From contig JANKJI020000001.1 in NCBI GenBank assembly GCA_024626585.2, forward strand, positions 18,097,430-18,122,681: 25,252 nucleotides of DNA. Reading direction: 5' to 3'. The notes below the pieces were generated by a model. It did not search any database and was not told the DNA's origin. It saw only the letters and a list, made by a program, of their open reading frames with translations. This DNA is from Ginkgo biloba. Its lineage: Eukaryota > Plantae > Ginkgophyta. The translations under genes were made by a program, and so were the position numbers. Of this stretch, positions 12,060 through 20,922 are shown piece after piece (the first letter of the stretch is position 1; each line of letters starts with the position of its first letter).

Positions 12060-13900
12060 AGAAACTACTTTATGGAAATAATGAGTAGTAGGGAGCTAGA
12101 GTAAGATGCAATTTCCAATGAAAAATTCCCACCTTCAACTCCAGGGGACCAACAAAGGCACATAAGTGGTTGTACAAGTTGGGAGCAACACTAGACTAAG
12201 TAGGTACAGTTGACCCAACAAGAAGGGTTGGGATAGCCCTACAATTCATGGAATGTGAAACTCACACTTGGGGTGCCAAGGTGATCTAAGAAGTGTTCAT
12301 ATACCATGTCTTTTTAAAGATTTTAGGNNNNNNNNNNATTATACAAAAGGGAAGACCAAAATTGAAGTGACCCGTGTAATGTACGTTAGCACATTTCTAT
12401 AAAAGAGAATAGTTAGCTGTTGAATATACTAAAAAGATTAAGATCCTGGAAACAAAAGATGAAATGACTCTCGATGATGTTAAGGAATTCTATATCTCTA
12501 GTTTGAGACTTAAAATAAGAGCAAAAGCAGTGATCACATACCTTAGATGAAGCAAGCTACCATGTGAGATAATAAGAGGATTCTCATTAAGCATTCAAAA
12601 GGAGATATTTAACAACCTAGAGGAGGAACTTGAGTATAAAAAATGATAGAACATCAAGAATAGGAAGGCAAACCAATCTAAGGGAGGAAAAGGATATTAA
12701 AGAGCATAAGAAAACTGTGTTGATGATGTGGCGAACCCTACTCTAGAGGCTATGTGTCTAAAGGAAGCAAAGAAGCTACGCCTGGTTGAATCCACAAGAG
12801 AAGAATTGAAGATGAAGATTTAGGAGAAGAGCCATGGGATGAGTGAGAAGTAGATGACATAGAAGATGATGGAGACGATATCCTTGAAGAACCAACACAT
12901 ATGCCAACATTGTAGATAGGAAGACTGGAATTTTCAATAAATGTAATGACTAGGATACCAAGACTAAACACCTTTAGGGTTTATGGATTCACCAAGAAAA
13001 ATAAGTTTTTTGTAATGATAGACTTAGGAAGTACACTCAATTTCTTGGACACAAAGCAAACTAAGCAAATGGGTCTCTACTTGGACAAAAGTGATCGATT
13101 TCCTATTTCAATATTAGGTCACAATGAAATCATGTATAAGGGGATAGCATGAAATCCAATGCTAAAAATAGGATATTATACTCGGAAGGATAACTTCTAT
13201 GTCATACCTATTGGGAGAGTAGATGGAGTCTTAGGAATATGATGGCTTGCAATGCCAAGCACCTATGAGACTAATCATATCCAAGATTTCATATCATTCA
13301 AGCTAGAGGGAGTAAAGTATACGATTTTTGGCATAAGGACAACGACTAATAAAGTGGTGAATTCCCAATAGATGGATAAGATACTAAGGAAAGGTCATTT
13401 AGGATTTATTGCTAAACTATATCATATGGAAGTAAGGCCAAAAGAAGTAATAACTAGTGAGGAAGAAGATAATAGGGAATAATAAACCAAAAGAAAGATA
13501 TCTAAAAAATATTAGATAAACACAACTAATTTTTCTAAGATTTACCTAAGCATATGCCTTTAGATGAAAGAATGGAATATATGATCAATATAGAGCCAAA
13601 AAAGGTTTTAACTATCGTTAAACCATATCAATATAGTTTCACTTAGAAGATAGATTATCAAATAATAAATAAATTAGCCATAAAAATTAAATTCCCCATG
13701 ATAAGGATTGATAACTTAACAAACAATTTTCATTGAGAAATTATTTTCCTTAAAGATTGATCTATGCTCTAAATGCTACCAGATTCCTATCAGACTAGAA
13801 GATCAAGAAAATACAACATTATGTACACATTAATGGCATTTTAAATTTTAGGTAATGCCTTTTGGGCTATGAAATGCACTAGTAACTTTTCAAGCATTAA
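12060..13900 (+). mobile_element. Decayed Ty3/gypsy (chromovirus-like) gag-protease-RT
   Basis: Gag-like KIPTFNS...KWLYKL...RRVGIALQFME. Aspartic protease FVMIDLGSTLNFLD (13015-13050; cf. LIDSGSTHNFI) and VDGVLGI*WL. RT KFPMIRIDNL...LKIDLCSKCYQIPIRLEDQENTTLCTH*WHFKF*VMPFGL*NALVTFQAL (to 13900). Many stops. Confidence 0.92.
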
Positions 13901-14000
13901 NNNNNNNNNNNNNNNNNNNNNNNNNNNNNNNNNNNNNNNNNNNNNNNNNNNNNNNNNNNNNNNNNNNNNNNNNNNNNNNNNNNNNNNNNNNNNNNNNNNN

Positions 14001-15159
14001 TTCTTTATATTTAGTCACATTGACTATCATAAGGCTAAACCGGAATTAACTAATTATATTTTTAATTAATTTTAAGATATTAATAATTTCCCATCATCCC
14101 TTATTAAATAATGAAACTTATTTATTTGTTTGCTTCCTTTTACCACCATATTGAAAAATGTGGTATTTTTCTCTCCTTCTAGATTATAGCTCACCTTTTC
14201 CCACATTATGTATTTATTTGTCATTTATTAGTTGAGTCCATTAAGATCTCTAAATTCTTTGTCTAATCTATGAGAGAGACTTTCACTTATACCTCTTTCT
14301 TGAATTTCTTATGATATCTCTTTAATATCTACATCCAATTTTCTCATTTTGGTTATCTATTCATGAAATTGATTATGTGCATATTTCTTAACAATTTCCA
14401 TAAATATTTTTTATTATCTTAACCCATCTCTCACTAGTAGGAGAACCTATTAATGTTTCTTCAACTATGAGGTCACACCACTTTTGAAGTTTAGTGACAT
14501 ACTTAGGATTTTTAATAGTGATACATTAGATTTGTATGCACTAATGTTACCTCCCCTTTTTTAGCTTACTTTTCAATTGAATTGAAACAAAATCAAAACA
14601 TGTCCTAAATGATTAGCTACTTCTATCACCTTGTAGAGATGTCCTATAATTACATTCCTTACTTCCATTGGTACCTATACTTGGTCTATTCTTTCTTGAA
14701 CATTTTCATTTCTTAATTGTTTACTTGTTTAAGTATTAAGTAAGTTTACCCTACCATTGACATTGCACCAAATCCCATAATCCTTTAAGTTGCTTAAATT
14801 TTTTCACTTATATTAATATTAGTCTCTTGAACCTTCCTCCTTTTTTATCTATTACAAATTCAATAAAGTTATAATCTCCCATTACAATGATTGGATCATG
14901 ATGAATTTTGGCTATAAGTGCTCTCATCACTAGTGTGGTCTAAAATCCTTGCTTTTATGGGCCTTAGTAAGAGCATACAAGCTAATCAAGTTTCAAACTT
15001 GCATTCCTTTCTAAGAGGTGACCATAACCCAATGTCCATTATCATCACACTTGGGTTGAATTACCACAACTATTTTCTTTCATCCTAGCTAATAATCAAA
15101 CTACCCATTCTTGTCTAATTACAAATTGCTAGATATAAAGCATATGGCCACATCCTTTG
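14001..15159 (-). mobile_element. Decayed L1-clade LINE ORF2, APE endonuclease region
   Basis: Minus strand shows GSLIIS*D, NLISLYA, PIIVMGDYNFIEFVIDKKGG (cf. I..GDFN.....EKKGG), VQERIDQV (cf. RLDRFL) and further on LEGEKNTTFFN (cf. EGD.NT.FFH). These are in the expected order. Confidence 0.8.
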
Positions 15160-18100
15160 NNNNNNNNNNNNNNNNNNNNNNNNNNNNNNNNNNNNNNNNN
15201 NNNNNNNNNNNNNNNNNNNNNNNNNNNNNNNNNNNCCTAATTTACCTTTTAACCTCCATTCTCATTCTAAAATTATTTCCCCTACATGTTGAATATTCTA
15301 GTCTAAAATATGATTTTTCCATTTTACTATTATACATTTTTTTTAAAAAGATATATATATATATGCAATTGTCTAAGATTCAGTTAACACTTATTAGTAT
15401 GTGCTTTCATTTTGGACATTGTGTTTCACAGTAATTTAATAAATGCTTCTACATCATTATTAGGCCATAGCTTAGAGCTATCTTATGGATTAATTTTCTT
15501 CNNNNNNNNNNNNNNNNNNNNNNNNNNNNNNNNNNNNNNNNNNNNNNNNNNNNNNNNNNNNNNNNNNNNNNNNNNNNNNNNNNNNNNNNNNNNNNNNNNN
15601 NNNNATAAAAAGAAACCAAAGGGGTGGTTTATAAAATTGGTTTGACATAAATAAATTAACTAACCTTTGAGTACTAATCTTATGTTAAGATAATGTCTTA
15701 TCATCAATATTTATCCATGATAATCAATCCATGAAAGCATGTGCAATGTACTATACTACAATAAGGGGAAAAAAGTATATTGTACTATAATTGAATTAGA
15801 TATTGATGAGTGAAAATCTTCTTGATGACTTATAATTTTTCATGAATGATCAATAATTAAGATTTTTTAGTGGTTGATGCTTTGTAAATGTTGATGATCA
15901 ACACCACATCATTGATTATTAGCATACCAAATCATCAAGGCCAACCTCTGAATAGTGATAGATAGTTAAAGATCTATAACTATCTCAATTGGAGAAAGCC
16001 ATGTATTGTCAAAGTTAGTATTTGCATGCACATGGGCTTGATAAGTGAAAGGATGAAATGGGAATTCATGTGAAGGAATATAGAAACTTCATCGAGTTTG
16101 TAGTGCCATTTGCATACTATATCCTCCTTATTGTCTTCCACAAAGTAAAGATATTATCAAGGCTCATTTAATAAGTTTGGAAATAAGGGTAGAAAATTAG
16201 ACATGGTTCAAAAGAGTTTAAAATATGAACATAAGAGTGGTGGTTTAGTGGCATTTTAGAATCACCTGGTGACTTGCAACGTGTCTAAGTCTACTTAGAA
16301 GGAAGTGGTACTTAATGGGAATGATATGGGGGCAAGCTCCAATAAAAAGTTTGTAGAGTATGAACTTGGACTTCATTGCCTTCAATAACTATACACTTCT
16401 TACTAGTTGTCTTCCTATGATGTAGTTTGATTTAGTCCAAATTCCATTTAGGACCCTTGTTTTGAAGTAGCATATTTATTTAAATGTTCTAGCCATTTTA
16501 AATGTACTGGCTTGCACATAGTTGAATTAAATAATCTTGTTTCTATACTTATCCTTGCAAACTACCTAAAGGTTCATAAGTAAACTTTGGTTAAATAAGC
16601 AAGTAATTGATTTTTCCCAATTATACATGATAGTATGATGGTCTTTAGTGACTTCTTTGGCTCTATCTTTTAGACACGAAGGCATTAAACATTATGTATT
16701 TCCAATTGGGATTTTTATGTGTTGATGTGATTGTATTTAGAATTGAAGAATAAAACTCCTTATGAAGTTTGGATTTACAAAACTAAACCATTATAGTTNN
16801 NNNNNNNNNNNNNNNNNNNNNNNNNNNNNNNNNNNNNNNNNNNNNNNNNNNNNNNNNNNNNNNNNNNNNNNNNNNNNNNNNNNNNNNNNNNNNNNNNNNN
16901 NNNNNNNNNNNNNNNNNNNNNNNNNNNNNNNNNNNNNNNNNNNNNNNNNNNNNNNNNNNNNNNNNNNNNNNNNNNNNNNNNNNNNNNNNNNNNNNNNNNN
17001 NNNNNNNNNNNNNNNNNNNNNNNNNNNNNNNNNNNNNNNNNNNNNNNNNNNNNNNNNNNNNNNNNNNNNNNNNNNNNNNNNNNNNNNNNNNNNNNNNNNN
17101 NNNNNNNNNNNNNNNNNNNNNNNNNNNNNNNNNNNNNNNNNNNNNNNNNNNNNNNNNNNNNNNNNNNNNNNNNNNNNNNNNNNNNNNNNNNNNNNNNNNN
17201 NNNNNNNNNNNNNNNNNNNNNNNNNNNNNNNNNNNNNNNNNNNNNNNNNNNNNNNNNNNNNNNNNNNNNNNNNNNNNNNNNNNNNNNNNNNNNNNNNNNN
17301 NNNNNNNNNNNNNNNNNNNNNNNNNNNNNNNNNNNNNNNNNNNNNNNNNNNNNNNNNNNNNNNNNNNNNNNNNNNNNNNNNNNNNNNNNNNNNNNNNNNN
17401 NNNNNNNNNNNNNNNNNNNNNNNNNNNNNNNNNNNNNNNNNNNNNNNNNNNNNNNNNNNNNNNNNNNNNNNNNNNNNNNNNNNNNNNNNNNNNNNNNNNN
17501 NNNNNNNNNNNNNNNNNNNNNNNNNNNNNNNNNNNNNNNNNNNNNNNNNNNNNNNNNNNNNNNNNNNNNNNNNNNNNNNNNNNNNNTTATTAAAAGTCAG
17601 CCATACTTGAATTGAAGTGAGGATTTGTGGAAGAAATTGGAATACTTCATGAACTAATTTTCGTATCTAACATTTCTCTCATTTCCATAAAATCCACGCA
17701 TTATTCATTTATGTTATAAATGATCTCCGTATTGACAATATTTACTCAATAAGAGTTGACGAAACATGTTAAGCGGAAATGCATTTACCTATTCACAAAG
17801 TAGTGCCCAAAATAACTTAAAATATTCGACAAAAAAAAAATTGTTTGTGTGTACATGCTTGCTGAATCAATGGAGTGCTCTTTTACAATATACATCATAT
17901 GAATCAGTAAAAGAGTCAAATTAGAGGATAGAACCAAAGGGTGACTCTATTTAANNNNNNNNNNNNNNNNNNNNNNNNNNNNNNNNNNNNNNNNNNNNNN
18001 NNNNNNNNNNNNNNNNNNNNNNNNNNNNNNNNNNNNNNNNNNNNNNNNNNNNTGCAATGACTCTGACATTGAACCATCATCTGCAATGAAGTATTGGCTA

Positions 18101-18306
18101 CACGGTCTTCTTATCCTTCCCGGTCAATTATCATTCCGTGCAAGTATTAACGAGATTCTGAATTCCTTGAACAAACTAAAAGGTGTAAAGCTCATAGGCA
18201 ACATTGAAATTATCTGTACCACACACCTGATTTAAGCAGGATGTTTTGGAGATATCTGCCATCATTATTTAATCCCTCATTTATCATTGATCATCCACAC
18301 CAGCAT

Positions 18307-18951
18307 TCAGTTTGGTTCGCTCGCCATGATCTTTGTTATACCTGAGGAAGCGCATAATGTTTTGTCAGCAACAGGGATAATATTTCCACCTAGTTGTTTA
18401 CCAGGAGCCATTTCCCTCCACACTGTGTCCATATTCTCATTTCTTCTGTTGGGTTCGTCAACATAATCACCACCCTGAGCAAAACATTCTTGCAGATGCC
18501 TTCTTTTTAACGTTCTCCGACGTTTCTGCCCAGGTGAATTGATTATATTTCTACTTCTCTTACCAAAAGAAAGAACCTTTTCACCCAAAAGCAGATGCTG
18601 ATAACCAAAACTGTCTCTGTGCTCTCCATCGTCTAGATTAATTTCAGCTGGGTTCCGATTGAGTGTGCATATTTCGATATTGCAAGCCCTTTTTCCAGAC
18701 AAAGGGGTTTCTTGATTTTCTTGGTTCAAATTCACTGGAGGATGTCTATTGGTTTTTTCTGCGTCCTCTGACTTTTGTTTGGAATTAGTTCCTGAAGCCC
18801 GAGATGACTGAAGACGTCGGTATCTATTTTCAAGATAGATGTCAAGGGCAGATCTATGATATCTATTTAATTGCGCCTTTGTGGGCGGTGGCCTAAATGA
18901 CCTGAGACCTTTTGTAGGAGAAGATAAACCTTTACTCAAGGATAACAGGGA
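18307..18951 (-). CDS. EMF1: EMF1-like protein, terminal coding exon
   Basis: Open frame from a candidate acceptor ttttctatgattgtttAG|TCC (CTAAC branch-like site upstream) to TGA at 18307-18309. It encodes ICTLNRNPAEI (18643-18669) followed by LLLGEKVLSFGKR and GQKRRRTLKRR. This parallels the EMF1 C-terminal C.[VL]NRNPA[DE]F...YMI..EDLKF.K...KR.R block and gives a basic NLS-like stretch at 18499-18525. The 5' boundary is inferred. Confidence 0.8.
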   Translation of the reverse strand, partial: SLLSLSKGLSSPTKGLRSFRPPPTKAQLNRYHRSALDIYLENRYRRLQSSRASGTNSKQKSEDAEKTNRHPPVNLNQENQETPLSGKRACNIEICTLNRNPAEINLDDGEHRDSFGYQHLLLGEKVLSFGKRSRNIINSPGQKRRRTLKRRHLQECFAQGGDYVDEPNRRNENMDTVWREMAPGKQLGGNIIPVADKTLCASSGITKIMASEPN

Positions 18952-19060
18952 CTAAACAATCATAGAAAAATATTCATTCTAGAGGAAGTTAGGGCCTCTA
19001 CAACAAAGGTTTTACTTTTTAGATTTTTTGTCAGTCTCAAAATAATAAGAATATGTCAGC

Positions 19061-19302
19061 ACAGTGGAACCTCTTTTCGATGCTCAGTAAGGCTTCTATT
19101 GGCGCAACTTTGTCCAAATACTTTCTGATAAACTTCCTATAGTACCTGGTATGCCCTAGGAAGACTCGAACTCCTCTCTAGTCCTTTGATGGTTTTAGGT
19201 CCAAAATAACTTTGATCTTTGCCATGTCTACCATTATCCCATCTTTACATACTATATGGCCAAGTAATACTCCAAATGGAGTAAAAAGAATACTCTTTTT
19301 AA
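19061..19302 (-). mobile_element. Ty3/gypsy RT C-terminus / RNase H linker fragment lying between the two EMF1-like exons
   Basis: Translates to KKSILFTPFGVLLGHIVCKDGIMVDMAKIKVILDLKPSKD*RGVRVFLGHTRYYRKFIRKYLDKVAPIEALL. This is the gypsy pattern KC.F....LLGH.V...G..VDP.KI..I...P.P......R.FLG..GYYR.FI..Y...A.P...LL with one in-frame stop. Confidence 0.9.
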
Positions 19303-19402
19303 NNNNNNNNNNNNNNNNNNNNNNNNNNNNNNNNNNNNNNNNNNNNNNNNNNNNNNNNNNNNNNNNNNNNNNNNNNNNNNNNNNNNNNNNNNNNNNNNNN
19401 NN

Positions 19403-20746
19403 TCCTTCCTTTTGATCCTTCTCAATTACCCTAGATGATGCACAAGTGACTGGATGAAACCAACTGGCATGTTTTTGTGAATATTGTTCAAGAAGTTTTG
19501 AGAAATTCATGTTCTCAGTATTCTCTGTTGCCATATATTTTTCATTCCCACATCCAATTGGAACTGATAAACTTTGGCCCATCAACCTCAGCACAGGTAC
19601 AGAGGAATTGCCTTCATTCCCAATGGTTGATACCTGTACATTTATTTGTGGCATTATAATTGAATTATTTTGTCCATTAAAAAATGTAGGGTTGAAAGCT
19701 TGATCTGTTCTTCCTGAGAAAATCCCTTTGTCCTTCTGACTTTGATGTAGAAAATCAAATTTTGATCCTGCAATCTCTGGACCTGAGTTTCCATCAGCGG
19801 TGATGGGTGACAGACTCTGTGGCTTTGTAACACATTCTTGTGAGTTTATTGGAGAGCTTATCCAATAATGATGAAAAGAGGCCTGGGACTTATTTTGAAA
19901 CTTTTGAGGCACTGGATTTGTCGAATTTGACGGTATGGAACTGTAGTCTCTGCATAAATTTTGCATTTGCGTATGCCCAACATCAGCTGCTGCTCCCTGG
20001 GGCCACACAGAAGTAAGCACTCTGCCATTTGCATAGTAATTTACCTCCGGATCACAATTACTAATGGCAACATGTGGTATACCACCACCAAAAATGGGGA
20101 GTGGTGGATTACAAGAAGCATTTGCTCCACTGATAACTGATGTGGCAAAGCCTGAAGAACATTTTCCCCATGGATTGAACACCTCAGGTGATTGCAACAA
20201 AGCTGAGTAATTTTGGAATGGAACAAATTTCATGCCTTCCAAGCCAGAATTGGTTGAATAACTTCTAGCACTTATTGGAGAAGTGTGCATTTTGCTGCTG
20301 TCAACTAATGTATCACTGCCAGTGGAACTCCTCAAATAGGTCTCAGGGATGACCTGATTCGCTTCATTGGAATGTGTCACATTCTTTTTAATACCAGGCT
20401 CCTGCTTGCGGTAGGTTCCTTCTATCTCTGCAGGTTCAGTAACGGGAACAAAATCTGTTGCTTTAACTTTCATCCTCATCACACTTTTGTCTTTCTGGCG
20501 ATAATGGCCTTTGTGAACATTCTCGAGCCTTGACAGACCCCGTTCATGTTGGATTTTAGCCATTAACTCAACTATATCCATTGGTATTTCCTCATCCAGT
20601 TCAGAATACCTTTTAACTTGCCCATTTTCAAGATGAAAAAAGTCCAAAAGTGCCTTGTCCCTTGAGGCTCTCAAAAAGTGAGATGTGCCTTGGGGCATTT
20701 GAAGGTTATTAGTGATAGGTTCAGATTTACTTGAATCTATTGAATC
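19403..20746 (-). CDS. EMF1: EMBRYONIC FLOWER 1-like protein, large internal exon (3' end lost in gap 19303-19402)
   Basis: Stop-free frame of 1344 nt, more GC-rich than the flanks. It starts right after a canonical acceptor tttatttgtttcAG|GAT (phase 0). It encodes DEEIPMDIVELMAKIQHERGL (core 20540-20596), matching the EMF1 hallmark motif DDIPM[DE]IVEL[ML]AKNQ[YH]ER as I recall it. The rest is Ser/Asn/Gln-rich and low-complexity, as in EMF1. Confidence 0.85.
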
Positions 20747-20862
20747 CTGAAACAAATAAATAGTAGACGTTGGTCATTGGTCTATAATGTGTTGTTTGTT
20801 GCATAGTGAAACAAACTTAAATCTCTCCACCTTTGTGAAACAAAACGAGTAGAAGAACATAC

Positions 20863-20922
20863 AGATGCACGGATTTCCTTCAATTTTCTCATTGAGCTAT
20901 CTTCATCAAATTCCAAGTACAA
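20863..20922 (-). CDS. Putative 60-nt internal exon of the EMF1-like gene (LYLEFDEDSSMRKLKEIRAS)
   Basis: Bounded by ctataAG| and a good donor TCT|GTATGT. It is phase 0 and joins in frame to the 20746 exon via a 116-nt intron (20747-20862). The acceptor (AAG) is weak and there is no homology support. Confidence 0.4.

Noticed and set aside
12750-12971. Ser-rich minus-strand ORF
   Set aside because: It is the antisense of the acidic gag-protease linker of the gypsy element.
15605-16798. Possible LTR sequence
   Set aside because: It looks repeat-like, but no termini, partner LTR, PBS or PPT could be identified.
19477-20226. Short ORFs antisense or alternate-frame to the large exon
   Set aside because: They are shadows of the EMF1-like exon with no independent evidence.
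19178-20755. 525-aa ORF suggesting an EMF1-reverse transcriptase fusion protein
   Set aside because: The frame is carried across a 100-N placeholder gap. The RT part has an in-frame stop and belongs to a TE, and the TTG start lies in the acceptor tract.
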